Part shown: piece by piece, positions 11,221 to 24,736 of the stretch
Layout: each line of letters opens with the position of its first letter
Numbering within the stretch: position 1 is the first letter of the stretch
Origin: Paraspadella gotoi
Taxonomy: Eukaryota; Animalia; Chaetognatha
DNA length: 64,000 nt
Direction: 5' to 3'
NCBI GenBank assembly: GCA_051294375.1
Contig: CM119271.1
Coordinates: 4,476,876-4,540,875 of the forward strand
The notes under the pieces: model-generated
The model's input: the letters and a program-made list of their open reading frames with translations, nothing else
Told to the model about the DNA's origin: nothing
The model's database searches: none
Program-made: the position numbers and the translations under genes

Positions 11221-14059
11221 ATGTTAGGGCAACGCATGTGCCCTGAGACAGGAGACGTCTTCGTAGTGCCTAGATAGATTAAGTAAGGTTAATATTGAAA
11301 TACCTTAATAATGGTACACAGTCTGAAGTACGATATTAGTATCTATACAGTGTGTCCCAGAAAGAAAAAACCGGCGGGCCACTTATGATTTCACTTTATA
11401 CAATAACTCGTACATAGCTTCGTAGAAATTGGTGTCAAGAAAAGAAATTTAAAAGTCGAGTTAGCAGTTTATTGGTGGAAAGAATAATAAGTGTTGGGCA
11501 TAAGTAATTTGTTTAAAATTGGCCATCCCTCTAGGAGCCAGATGTGTTTATTTCATCGAGAAGAAGAAGTACTAAAACTCAGTATGGACTAGATAATACA
11601 GATTATTGCTTTTTTTGTGATATTTTGCTAATAGCCTTAAAGTCAGAAGTTAAAAGCAATAAAAAAACAGATACTTTCTTTGATTATCCACGGGAGGATA
11701 CGATGGATAAACGGATTTGCGCCATAATTCCAAAACTAATGAAATTCTTGAAGGTTATTGAAATTATAGACTTTACAAATATCTGGTATGAGAATATACT
11801 TGTTAGTAAATTGCTTTCCCTGTGATCAGAATAAAATCAGAGGTCTCAAATACTTTGCAGTTGGCGTCGAAAAAAATCTACTACGCGGCTCTGTCCACCA
11901 GCGCCAATGGTGAGGAATTACCCATGAGGAACCAATTATCTCATGCGAGACGAGAGCACAATAGACTCAGATTGGTCACAAGACTCAGCGTGGGACTTCT
12001 CAGAATCCTTGGTTGTGCTATTCTGTTGGCCTCTAATTCACTTCTGAATTCATCCCAGATCTCCGGCTCCCGCGGTAAAATAAAGCCGAGGAGTTTACTG
12101 AAAAAGGTCCCGGCCGCATGCGTGTCTCAGAACGCAGGACTTCACGAACGGAATCTGGAAACCGTCTCCCGGCTTCTTTATGCTTGGATGCGGTAAGAAG
12201 CTTTCTCTTCTATTCATTTATGCTCGTCAGCAGAGAGAGCTTCACCTCGAAGAGAAGTCGCCCCTCCGACTTTTTTTATGAGATTTGGCAGTGTGGATGC
12301 AGTGGACTCTTGACAACTCGTTCCATCAGCATATTCTGACTCCTGTATTCATCGGTTCGCTGTTTTTGTTTGGGTGGCCCAGACGTTTCGTCTGATCAGG
12401 TTAGCGTACATTATAAAAGCTCCAGTGTATTAATCATCTTCTTTTAATAATGTGCGTTTTTCTTAAAAGCGCCATAACGTAACCGCAAGAAAGATAATTC
12501 ATCTCGCTAGAGGGAACAAATAGGTAAAGCGAAGATACACTGTGATGTTTAGTCAAAAAAGTATAGTCTCCTGATATGTTTCGGTTGTTTTCTTTTCTCT
12601 TCTCTCTCCTCTCTATGCATCTCTATCTTAACCAATCTTCTTGCGTTTTCTCTGTCAAAGCAGTCTTCCGTCATGTAGATTTGAGAATGGTAACAACGCA
12701 ATTCTGTTGTTGGTTAGGGTTGTGTGTTTATTTCTATTTTTGTCGTTTTGAGTGAAGAAGCGGTTTTTCTTCAGTTCGTCTTCCACATGAATGTGAGTAC
12801 CCTATCATTATGAGCTTAGATGGGACACATATAGTGAGCGTCGGAGGCAGCGTCTGGTAGAGGACTGCTTCTCGTTACCATACTCCATTTCATGAATCGC
12901 GTTCGCTGGTGCTGAACTACCTGTGCTTTTTTACGTACCACCGTTTGCTTCTTGTCGACAAAATTGGCATGTGCGTTGATGTTTATTTTAAAAGTAATAA
13001 ACCGGGTAGACCAAGAGATGGAGGCGAGTAAGCTGATATTTGTAATTCTCCACAGAGAGAGCCTGAATTCAGAAAGTGTGAAATATATTTCACAATTGTT
13101 GAATAAAAATTCATCCGATCTATGCTGCATGTGGAGAATAAGGTTGCAATAGAAATCCCAAATCTACTCAAAAAAATAAAAAATCATCCTCTTAGAAAAC
13201 ATCGGAGGCTAGAGCTGATTTTGTAGAATTGCAAACTGTTTCCTAGCACTCGAAAGTCCATTCACTCTCCAAATGTTAAAATTTTTTTTCGAAAAATCAT
13301 TCAAATCAAATATCTTTTACTTGAGATTTAAAATGCTTTTGTTATATGTATAGTTGTTTTGTTGTTTAAAGAATTGAAAAAAGGGAAAAGTATAATGAAA
13401 TTAATGTAAGGCTTTTCGGCAAATACCTTCTAAAATTATAGATAATTAGACACAGAGAGTAAGCAGAAAACTTCCTAGTATCATGAAAAATTGAAAATGA
13501 TTTGTCATATTGTGTTCCAGATTAATTGACTAATTACAAGCTAATAATGTCACTGTAAATTGAAGAACACGATGAGTAAGAAGTGAGCATCTTGGTGCCG
13601 TTTAACCTATTTATGTATATCACAGTGTATGAGTTTTCGTGATTTCTAATAAATATTCAATACTGGCCATCGGATTTGCAATGCTATAGAAGAGCAAAGG
13701 TCAACAATTTGTGTCAGGGATTTCATTGGGCCTCAGCATAGGTCGTCGTGTTATCTTGTTTCTGCTCATGTTTGGTTGAGTGCCAAGTTACTTTATTATG
13801 TAGTTATGTGTCCGAGAAGACGGGTTCATGGGTCAGGTACGGCAATGCTCAACAGATCAGCAGGACCACCAACTGAGCTAAGAACTAAAAGCACGCAATG
13901 TAAGTTTTGGACTCAGAAACACGACCAATTGTGAAATGGGGCACATAAAGCAGCAGGGGACCGGTTGGTCGCCACGTTATTTTACGATCGCCGTGTCATA
14001 ACTGCGGCAATGTGAAAACAACGGAGAAATAGCATTCGATAAAGAAAACAAGCGTAAAT

Positions 14060-16590
14060 CTATGAAGCAAATTACAATGCGAGCCTGCATGAGACCGACA
14101 TTGACGGATTATTACCATATATATTGAAGAGCGGCGGAAGTCCGGGCTACTAGACCAGTCTGAGCATCATCCCGCCAGTCGGAGCGAACGGACGCGATCT
14201 GCGTCACTGTATCAGTATCACGGAGTCGAAGCCGAATGTATGATTAGCAATGTCTGATTCCGGAGCTATCAACCTTCGGGCCTATCTCGTGTCGATTAAT
14301 GAGTGCCTGTGCTACCGAGCGAGCGCGATGGACGGGGCCCATAGGAGAAGGTCTTAGTTGAAAGCAAGGACGGAGTAGAGCGAGGGTGAGAGCAAGAAGG
14401 CGGGAAGAGGGAGGAGGAGGAAGGAGAGAGCAACGAGGAGAGCGAGCGAGGACGAGCAGACGAGCATGAAGAGAAGAATGGAGAGAGAGAGAGGAGAGTA
14501 GTCGGAAGAGGATGACGCAGCGAGAGGAGAGAGATGGGGGAAGGAGTTATATAATGTCAGTAAAGTTGTCGTTAAATTGAAAATGCAGGAGATATAATAG
14601 AGGGGGTAGAGATTAAGTAAAAGAATCGCGTCTCTCAGGTCTCTGACTGATCCAGGCTTTCATCTCTTCTTCTGTTCTTGCATCTCGTTCCATGGCCTTC
14701 TCCAGAACTCGCGAGAACGAATATCACCCCATCCGTACTCTGATCGCCACGCTCGCGATGTGGCATTCGGCAACGCCAGGCGATTTTATTTCCCCTACCA
14801 CTGCCCCCCAGATAGAAACATCACGCGCCGCGAAGAGGAGGGATGTCCAAGATCCTTCGACGATAATGACCTTGCGGCAGCCCCGCCGCCAATCATTCGG
14901 CAAGTCCGACCAGTCTTATTTCACGACCTTCGGTCCCGCTTCGAACAGAAGTGAGCTCAGCACCGTCGAAGTCAAGGGATGTTTCCTCTAGCCTTTTTAT
15001 TTTCCGCCGAGAGGGGAGAAGAGTGTGATGTGTTCGGTCCGAGGGTGACGAGGTGGGTCTGTTATAGGAAAATATGTAGGATCGAGAGGGTGAATGTACT
15101 GTTTGGGCTGGAAAGGTTTGGTGATGCGAGCATGCGTTAAGGATAATACTGGATGAACCGCAGAGGGGCTTGTTGCTTATATTATATGAGTCTAATGATA
15201 AGAGTATGGATACAATCGGAAAGTTATGACGAGATTCAACGAGTTTTATATGAAAAACGCCTGTTAAGGCATATGCACAAATCGAAAAGTCGTATCGTTA
15301 CGATAAGTAATGATGTCACGCCAGTTACTGAAAAGCCGACAAAAAGTAACCCATCCAGGTATATGTTGTTGTCGTGGGACGAGTGTGGAAAGTGGAGGGC
15401 GCCAGTGTGGTAAGTAGTCAATGCCGAAGAATATAATGTTCAATGAAAAGGCCGCGCGCAGACTTCCATCGTACGACTTAAAGGAATATAAGTTTACGAA
15501 GTCTTCTGGTGAGAATAGGCTGAGACAAAGAAGAACGTTTGTCAATAGGTTATTTGGTATAGGCATCGTGGGACACTAAGAGATCGAAAAATAAAAGACT
15601 ACAAAGTTATGATATACTGAGAATAGGATAATTCAAATGGCTACATGACAAGTAACAAATGCGGTAGATGAAAGTAAGAGTGGACTGCGTGCGATCGCCG
15701 TCTGAGAAAGGAGACATCGGACCAATCGCAGGCTGCAGAGGAATCGCGATTAAACTGTCAAATAATTTTCTCTGCTACCTTGAATGCTCTACAGTCATCT
15801 AGATATAGATATGACGACTTTGCTTCGCTTTGCGATAGAATTGAGTCCTGGAACCCTCGCGTGGAGTCTGCGACCCGTCACTCCGATTGCAGTGTGTATG
15901 TTGTCGACATAAATTCCTCGGTTTGGATTTTCGTCCAGAGAGATCCATGAGTGTTATGTCCTTGCGAATATGTCGGTGGCAGTTGATAGCGGCAAGAATA
16001 GAGTGAGGATTTCGACCCGGGCACGCCATACCGATGAATATAGAATGCTATCAGGCAGTTCGACATTTCTGAAAGCGGGGTTGAAGGGTAGGGAAGACGA
16101 CACGATGCAGAAGACAGCGTGGCAAGTCGAGTTATCGTTCGAGTCGTGGTTCTCGTCCGCCACCTCGAGGGAGTTTCCTTGCCCTTGAGTCGCCGCAGTT
16201 GGCAGCGCATCGAATCCTGCGAAGCGCGGCCGGACCTCGTGAGATCGCGGCATAGAGTGCGCGGTGGAAAGGGTGGTGCCGCCCGCCCCCCGGGCGACAT
16301 TTCACGGAGAGAAAGCGGTCAATGCTTTGAAAAGGAAATTGATCTAATGGTTTCTTTGTAGCTCGAAAGTCATGGTTTTTTAAATCCTCAGAGACAAACC
16401 TATAACCCCTCGCCCCACCCCCACTTTCCACCCCAGCCTCAATCTCCGACCCATTTTTTTTAATCACGATGGATGTGAAAAAAATTTTGCTTAAACGTTA
16501 TTTAAAAGAAGAAGGAATCGGGGTTGCGCCGCATAATCAGCCTTTTTTTTTTTGCTCATGGTGCTAAAAAAAAAATTTCTTGTATTAATT
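14060..16590. repeat. Noisy direct re-copy of about 4090-6005
   Basis: Collinear landmarks: atatattgaagagcgg, gaaaaacgcctgttaag, aaaaggaaattgat, ccgacccattttttttaatcacgatgga. Insertion-rich. Confidence 0.8.
16032..16235 (-). CDS. IgSF gene exon: D4 A-C region (boundaries uncertain)
   Basis: Open GC-rich frame VRPRFAGFDALPTAATQGQGNSLEVADENHDSNDNSTCHAVFCIVSSSLPFNPAFRNVELPDS..., with an A-strand PRF and a B-strand-like FCIVSSSLP. The downstream part is noisy read sequence and I could not confirm the phase link to the 4824 exon. Confidence 0.55.
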
Positions 16591-17527
16591 AAATATCCTC
16601 GAGCCAAATTAGCAACCAAAAACTTTTTTTTTCACTTTAATATTTTCAAGAAACAAGAAATTTTTTTTACGCTTTCTTAATTTTGCATTAAAACCAAAAA
16701 AAAATGAATTGCTTTAATCTCGTTTTATCGAAACTACTTCAATATGCAAATTGGATTTCTAAATTTGGCTCCAGGAGAGAAAGATAAAAAAAAAAAAAAG
16801 AAACATAGTCACGGTTGTTTTAGTACCTTGAAAACTATTTATTTTTATAATATTATTACTAAAATTAAAAATAATTATTTAAAAAAATATATATATAATT
16901 GTTTTATTATTTATAAACTATTACAAAAGAATCAAAAATAAATTACCATAATACTTGATTCAAGGTTTTTTATAAGCCAAAGTCGATTAATCTTACTGAT
17001 AATTTTTAAGCATCACTAAATTTAACTCAATCTTTTTATTCTATTATAAAAGTTAAAAAAGCTAATCAAATAATTCTTTTAAAAATAAACTAAAAGGTAG
17101 GTCGACAGCCGTGACCGATAATAAAGTGGCGCGTCGCGTGATTCTAGGAAAAACAATTTTCACGCGAGGACGTAAAAGTGGAGGAAAGAGGAAAAAGCGT
17201 GTCGTTGTTGTTCAAGTTGTTGTCGTCGTTGTCTTTGCTGTTAACCAGTGTTTTTTCGTCATCTGTGATGTTATTTGCGAATCGAAAATCTCGGCATCTC
17301 TGTTTGCAGATTTTATTTTTGAATTTATTTGTGCCGTCGGATTGAGGACAACAAAGTGGCCCAACTAATAGCTAACTAGATTGCACGCGTTGTTGTTGTT
17401 GTCGTTGCGTCGTCGTTGTCGTCGTAGTCTTCGTCGTCGTCTTTGTTATCGTCGACTTAACGGGATTCTCTCCCTTTTCTTATCTTCGAATTCAACAGAG
17501 AAAAAAAGAAATTGGGTTTGATTCAAT

Positions 17528-17565
<38 letters not shown>

Positions 17566-17855
17566 NNNNNNNNNNNNNNNNNNNNNNNNNNNNNNNNNNN
17601 NNNNNNNNNNNNNNNNNNNNNNNNNNNNNNNNNNNNNNNNNNNNNNNNNNNNNNNNNNNNNNNNNNNNNNNNNNNNNNNNNNNNNNNNNNNNNNNNNNNN
17701 NNNNNNNNNNNNNNNNNNNNNNNNNNNNNNNNNNNNNNNNNNNNNNNNNNNNNNNNNNNNNNNNNNNNNNNNNNNNNNNNNNNNNNNNNNNNNNNNNNNN
17801 NNNNNNNNNNNNNNNNNNNNNNNNNNNNNNNNNNNNNNNNNNNNNNNNNNNNNNN

Positions 17856-17937
17856 AGTGACGTCATCCACGGCGTCAAAAGGGTTGAGAACGCTGAGCGT
17901 CACTTGAGTGTCGGGAGTGTGAACCGTGAGGTATTGG
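17856..17937 (-). CDS. IgSF gene exon: D3 F/G region, truncated by N gap
   Basis: ctttcacag|C CAA TAC..., phase 2 matches the previous exon. Translation (S)QYLTVHTPDTQVTLSVLNPFDAVDDVT runs into the gap at 17855. Confidence 0.7.
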
Positions 17938-18347
17938 CTGTGAAAGAAAACGTTCTTCTCTTACCAATTTTGTTTTCAAATTCAAAGAGGAATACAAGAT
18001 GTCAGGAGCGGTAAAGCTACGAAGTTAATCTGACTAATGATTAGAATTTGGTCGATTTAACTTTTCAACTTTTGTATCCTAAAAAAAAGAAGAAATATTT
18101 CAATGGAAGAAAGAAGGCCATATTTTAGCTAAACAATTTGCGAAATTCTGACTCAATGGCAACAAAATTAACAACTATAAATAAAGAAAAAATATAACTT
18201 TGAATAAAGCTAAAATAACTTTAAAAGAACCCCAAAGTCCAAATCAAAGCCTCGCCTTTCTCCACATCCTCAAACCACTTTCAGATCCTCCACAGTAACG
18301 TCACCTCACTAATTCCCGCCCTCCTTACCCCGCCCTCCTTCCCTCAC

Positions 18348-18468
18348 CTCGGCAAGACCAGCTGGGTCCTGATGTCGCTCCCCTGCTCGATCACCGTCGA
18401 CTTCAAAACTTCTCCGTTTTCTAATTTCCAAAGAATTCCATCGAAGGGAGGCAGAGGATTCGCTTTCA
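18348..18468 (-). CDS. IgSF gene exon: D3 BC loop to E strand
   Basis: ttttcag|TG AAA GCG AAT CCT...CCG AG|gtgagg, 121 nt, phase 1 to 2. Spliced to the 50544 donor it reads ATINCT-VKANPLPPFDGILWKLENGEVLKSTVIEQGSDIRTQLVLP, the canonical CxVxANPxP...IxW motif. Confidence 0.8.
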
Positions 18469-19714
18469 CTGAAAACGAGGCGGGGGGAAAGAAAACAAAA
18501 GNNNNNNNNNNNNNNNNNNNNNNNNNNNNNNNNNNNNNNNNNNNNNNNNNNNNNNNNNNNNNNNNNNNNNNNNNNNNNNNNNNNNNNNNNNNNNNNNNNN
18601 NNNNNNNNNNNNNNNNNNNNNNNNNNNNNNNNNNNNNNNNNNNNNNNNNNNNNNNNNNNNNNNNNNNNNNNNNNNNNNNNNNNNNNNNNNNNNNNNNNNN
18701 NNNNNNNNNNNNNNNNNNNNNNNNNNNNNNNNNNNNNNNNNNNNNNNNNNNNNNNNNNNNNNNNNNNNNNNNNNNNNNNNNNNNNNNNNNNNNNNNNNNN
18801 NNNNNNNNNNNNNNNNNNNNNNNNNNNNNNNNNNNNNNNNNNNNNNNNNNNNNNNNNNNNNNNNNNNNNNNNNNNNNNNNNNNNNNNNNNNNNNNNNNNN
18901 NNNNNNNNNNNNNNNNNNNNNNNNNNNNNNNNNNNNNNNNNNNNNNNNNNNNNNNNNNNNNNNNNNNNNNNNNNNNNNNNNNNNNNNNNNNNNNNNNNNN
19001 NNNNNNNNNNNNNNNNNNNNNNNNNNNNNNNNNNNNNNNNNNNNNNNNNNNNNTGGATAATTTTTATATTGGTTGTACCAATTTCATAGATTCGATCAAG
19101 GATTCGATCAAACTTGCGAACAAGGCAGCGAACAACGTTAACAACGAAGAAGCGAACAAAAAAAGAACAGAATAAAAAATGGCGACTGAAAAAAAAAGAA
19201 GCGGTGATTTTTTTTTTTTTTCTTTTCCGCCTCTAATTTTCTCCCTCTCATCCTTTAGCTGTCGACAAGAACACGAAGAGAACGTTTATCTAACTAAACG
19301 TCTTTCTTTTTCTTGTTCTTTGTTTCGAGATTTTAGGCTAAAAATATCAATCTTGCAATCTTCCGGTAGGTGTTTTTTTTTTCAATCAGAAAAGACTATT
19401 TTTTATAGTTTTATTTTTTAGTTTATTTCCGAAAGTCAGGGCGGTTCCAATATGATCTTGATAGGATATGATCCTTAGTTCCGCTTGTCTCGCTGAGGGC
19501 GGTAGTTTTAATGGGTGTAATGATCAGAAACCAGGTCAATTTTTAACCACATAGTATTTATTAAAATGCTAATTTATGAAAAAAGTAATATTAATTACTT
19601 ACATTAAACTTTCTGATATTAATTTTATATCTTGATCCGTTCGTTCTCTTCAAACTGATCATCTGTCCTCAATGATTTCCCACTTTAAATCCGTCTTCCC
19701 ATCTATCTTTTTTC

Positions 19715-19810
19715 GCCCCGACATCTGTCTTCCCATCTGTCCTTTACCCCGACATCTATCTTCCCATCTGCCCCTGACCCCCGGCATCTGTCTCCGCATC
19801 TGACCCTCAG
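19715..19810. repeat. About 31-33-bp minisatellite, three copies
   Basis: ccccgacatctgtcttcccatctg-like unit at about 19716, 19747 and 19779. Confidence 0.7.
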
Positions 19811-22334
19811 TATCTTCTTTCGTATCTGCATCTGTTTAACCTCGACGTCCTTTCATTTATCTCTCTCTCTCTCTCTCTNNNNNNNNNNNNNNNNNNNNNN
19901 NNNNNNNNNNNNNNNNNNNNNNNNNNNNNNNNNNNNNNNNNNNNNNNNNNNNNNNNNNNNNNNNNNNNNNNNNNNNNNNNNNNNNNNNNNNNNNNNNNNN
20001 NNNNNNNNNNNNNNNNNNNNNNNNNNNNNNNNNNNNNNNNNAGGAGGCTCGGGATTTTCGAGGGTCTCTGGATCTCTGAGACTCCTTGTTGATTGAAGAG
20101 TCAGATTTTGTAATTGAACGGATTAATTTCTCATGACCCATTTTAAATTGCGCGCCACTGCCCCGCTGTCTTTCAAAATGAAAAAAAAAGGTTTGCTCAT
20201 CCACACATTTACATTCTGAGCCGAAGGGTTTTTTTGATCTCGGTATATCTGTATTCTCGACTCAAAATTAATAATCCAGATGCGATATTTAAGTTTATCA
20301 TCTTTGACTTAGTTTTGTTTAATTTAGTAAAAAGGTTTTCGTTAGACTGAACTATATTTAAACAGTTTTTTTAAGAACAGAAAAAGTAAAAAGTCTTGAA
20401 TTTTACATTTTCGTTTCTTAACTAAACATATTTATCCTTCTTAATGGTTGCGTTAATTTTTTGTCTCAACCAACAAAAATATTTTATTAAAAGAAAAAAA
20501 ACCAAATTCCTAAAATTAAAAAAGAAAAAAGAAAACTCTTAACCAAATATAAAATATCGACGAGGGATATATTTCTGTAAAAGGTGAGGAAAAGAGAAAG
20601 AAGAAACTTACCCGTTTGGTGAGAAGTAGAGACTTACCCGTTTGGTGACCTCGTCCCTCTTCGTATCGTCTCACCTTCCTCATATTTTTCTCTTCCTTTT
20701 TTTTTCTCCGGTCCCTAACGGACAATTTTTTTTCTTTCTTTCTTTCATCTTTCTTCTTTTTTTTTCAGTAACCTTTTTTTATTCTGGATTTTTTATCCTT
20801 CCCATGAAAATTTTCTCTTCTTTCTCAGTTTCGGTTTTTAGTATTTATTTTTTTTAGTATGAATCTTATTTTTAAGACGTCGTATTTTCCGTTTTCACGT
20901 ACATATTTTACATTCTCTCTCCCAACATTGATCATTGTTGACTTTCACAACTTTATTTAAAACTTTCATTCTTTATTCCTTTTTATTTCTTTTTTTTTTT
21001 TAACCTCGTCCACATTTTCATTCTGCTCCTATCTCCTCATATATCACAATCTGACAATCTCTTTCTCACATTTAACTCTTTCCTCAAATTCAACATTCAC
21101 ATTCACGTTTTACCAAATTCTCACTCGTTTCTTCCAGAAATCAAGCCTCGCTCTCCCCTTAACTTCTGCTCCCAACGTCAAACGAACGTCACGGTTTTAC
21201 GTCGCCAACTTGACGCGTCACGCCGACTCACGCGGTCACAAAAATCGTCACCGAGATGCTTTGTCGCCTCTCACCCGTTCTCAACAACGATGGACTNNNN
21301 NNNNNNNNNNNNNNNNNNNNNNNNNNNNNNNNNNNNNNNNNNNNNNNNNNNNNNNNNNNNNNNNNNNNNNNNNNNNNNNNNNNNNNNNNNNNNNNNNNNN
21401 NNNNNNNNNNNNNNNNNNNNNNNNNNNNNNNNNNNNNNNNNNNNNNNNNNNNNNNNNNNNNNNNNNNNNNNNNNNNNNNNNNNNNNNNNNNNNNNNNNNN
21501 NNNNNNNNNNNNNNNNNNNNNNNNNNNNNNNNNNNNNNNNNNNAGAGAGAGAGAGAGATAAGAAAAAAAAACCTTTTAGCTTTTATCATTTGTTTACACG
21601 GTTTCTTGAAGGGGGCGCAACTTTTTTTTGACTTTTTTTTGTTTCTCGCCTAAAAGTTACGCTTCTTCTTTATCTTATACTTTTTTTGTTTTCTTTTGTT
21701 TGTATTTTTGTTTTTGTTTACTTTTTCGCCAAAAAAAAAAGGATTAAATTTTATCAGAAAATTCAATTTGGCGAAAAAAAACTAAATGATTTAAAAATAA
21801 AATCAAAATTAAATTATGGATTAAAAAACGAGAAAAAGCAAAACAATTCTGAACTTATTATATTGTCCAGCAAACGCGATATTTATACAACATTTAAAGA
21901 ATTTATTTCGTTTTAAACCCTAAACCATTCTCCCCCACGCCCACACACAAAACCCCATTTCGCCCACATAATCCCATCCGGCCACTTTTTTCCTCGACCC
22001 AGAATCCTCTTATGGCGCAGCCCTCAATTTCCTTCTGCCCTTTTCGACCCCAGGGGGCATTCGGCCGACGACGACGACGACGCCGACGACGACGACTACG
22101 ACGAAGATGAAGAAGATTATGACNNNNNNNNNNNNNNNNNNNNNNNNNNNNNNNNNNNNNNNNNNNNNNNNNNNNNNNNNNNNNNNNNNNNNNNNNNNNN
22201 NNNNNNNNNNNNNNNNNNNNNNNNNNNNNNNNNNNNNNNNNNNNNNNNNNNNNNNNNNNNNNNNNNNNNNNNNNNNNNNNNNNNNNNNNNNNNNNNNNNN
22301 NNNNNNNNNNNNNNNNNNNNNNNNNNNNNNNNAA

Positions 22335-22610
22335 TGATTGTATGTGATATCACTGTTGATGATCATGATAATGTAGATGATAATGATGCTAATAATGTTA
22401 CTGACTTGGAGAAATTAAGATGACGATGATGATGATGTTGATGATTATGACGATGAAGATGATGATGATTTTGATGATGCTGATGATGATGATGATGACG
22501 ATGATGATTTTGATGATGCTGATGATGATGATGATGACGATGATGATTTTGATGATGCTGATGACGATGATGACGATGATGATGATGACGATGACGATGA
22601 TGATTACGAC
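22335..22610. repeat. (GAT/GAC)n trinucleotide microsatellite
   Basis: Direct reading. Explains the poly-M, poly-H and poly-I ORFs. Confidence 0.95.
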
Positions 22611-24019
22611 GAATAAAACGCCCTCTCTCGAGATGACTCTTGCAAAAAAAAAAAACAGGGAAACCAACAGCAACGACGACGAATGCGTCCATCGTCTGTC
22701 GATGACAGAAACACGACGACGATAATCACGACGATATGGACGACGATCGGGACCAAAATGTGAATGAAATTGTGGGCAACGACGTGGAGCACAGCGGGGA
22801 CCACAAACGTGGGCAAAATGCTGACCACGCTACGATCCAAGATCAAAGATCAAACTGCTGACCAAAAATGTGGATTGTGGATGAGGAGAGCTCCGATGTT
22901 TACGATGAGCGTCGCCAAGAAAACTCAATTTCGTTGACAAAGAGATGATTATTTTTTTTTTGCCGCAGATGGAGAGAAGTTTGAAACAGATGATTGATCG
23001 ACTGACCCAAACCCACCCCCGAAACACCNNNNNNNNNNNNNNNNNNNNNNNNNNNNNNNNNNNNNNNNNNNNNNNNNNNNNNNNNNNNNNNNNNNNNNNN
23101 NNNNNNNNNNNNNNNNNNNNNNNNNNNNNNNNNNNNNNNNNNNNNNNNNNNNNNNNNNNNNNNNNNNNNNNNNNNNNNNNNNNNNNNNNNNNNNNNNNNN
23201 NNNNNNNNNNNNNNNNNNGAATTAAGGGTGAGAGGGAGAGAGAGCAAGAGAGAGAGAAGAAAACATAAAGTAAAGAGGGAAGAATGAGCATAAATTTAAC
23301 AAACAAACTTTTACTTTGAAGAAAATCGACTCGACGTGATAGAGACAGAGAGGGTTCGAGACTCCCAAGGAAAAAAAATATGGGAAAACCGATTTAATCT
23401 CTGATTTCCTGGGAACCAAAAATAGAGAGAGGAGGAGAATGAGGAGGAGGAGGAGAAGGAGGGGGAAAAAATGGCAAGTTTTTTTGGGCGGACAGCTTGG
23501 CATGTATTTACTACTCATGGCCGTTTAAGCGAGAGCGANNNNNNNNNNNNNNNNNNNNNNNNNNNNNNNNNNNNNNNNNNNNNNNNNNNNNNNNNNNNNN
23601 NNNNNNNNNNNNNNNNNNNNNNNNNNNNNNNNNNNNNNNNNNNNNNNNNNNNNNNNNNNNNNNNNNNNNNNNNNNNNNNNNNNNNNNNNNNNNNNNNNNN
23701 NNNNNNNNNNNNNNNNNNNNNNNNNNNNNNNNNNNNNNNNNNNNNNNNNNNNNNNNNNNNNNNNNNNNNNNNNNNNNNNNGGGGGGGGACCGGGTGGAGG
23801 GTTGTGCAAACAAGCGTGAAGTGAAAAGGAGGGAAATGCCAGTGAAGGAAAGAGAAGAGGAGAGAATTACAGTAACGAGCTTTTTTTAAAAAAAAACAGC
23901 AAAAATAGCCAATGGCTATGTATTTTTAGTTTCGCTGCGCGTTACGGCCGGAGAACTTAATATTTAATAATCGCTTGAGTGTGACTCAGTAGATCTGATT
24001 GTCGTTTACGTTCAAATAC

Positions 24020-24085
<66 letters not shown>

Positions 24086-24086
24086 C

Positions 24087-24181
24087 CTTGCTTAACAACC
24101 TGGGACTGACGTTCGAAAGGCCAAAGGTTCGGTCATTGGGGCCGTGGACTCCGGACGGGCCTTTGGACCGACCTTGAAACC
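24087..24181 (-). other. Orphan exon-like island
   Basis: ctctcag|GG TTT...AGC AAG|gtatct, 95 nt. Open frame FQGRSKGPSGVHGPNDRTFGLSNVSPRLLSK. Confidence 0.35.
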
Positions 24182-24697
24182 CTGAGAGTGAGATTAAGTT
24201 TGAGAGTGAGCGCTCTGCGTGAAACTGGGTAAGTTGGTTTGATCGAAGGCGGTCGAAATATTTTGTGTGAAGGAAAATCAAAAGTCAGTGAATGAAGGAA
24301 ATTCGAAGGGAGAAAGAGGAAACGATTCAAAAACAGAAAGAATAGAAAAAGAGGAAAGGAAAGAAAAAGAGAAAAAAAGAAAGTAACAGAAGGGAATGGA
24401 CCAAAAAAAGGAGACCTTAAATAGAAAGTAAAAGAAAAGAAGGAAAGGGATTAAAAGAAGAAAAAAAATCCTGAAAAAGAAAGGAAAGGATTGATAGAGG
24501 ATCAAAATAAAGACAATAGCGAAATAATTAGGAGTAGAAGAAAGAAATGAAAGAAACTATAGAGACGAAAGTAACCTAAAATTTAAACCGAAGAGAGGAA
24601 CCAAAAACAAGAAGAGAATCACAGTCTCTAGGGGCGGCGGAGAAACCGTAGAATGATACAAACAAAAGTAGAAGAGAGAAAAGGGTTTTAAAAAAAT

Positions 24698-24736
<39 letters not shown>

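Noticed and set aside
19066-19185. Alternative hydrophobic terminal exon (AIFYSVLFLFASSLLTLFAALFASLIES...) in phase with the 50544 donor
   Set aside because: Phase-compatible, but T-rich intronic DNA readily gives such peptides and it would truncate D3 mid-domain. Insufficient support.
22363-22846. Poly-His, poly-Met and TM-like ORFs
   Set aside because: Products of (GAT/GAC)n microsatellites.
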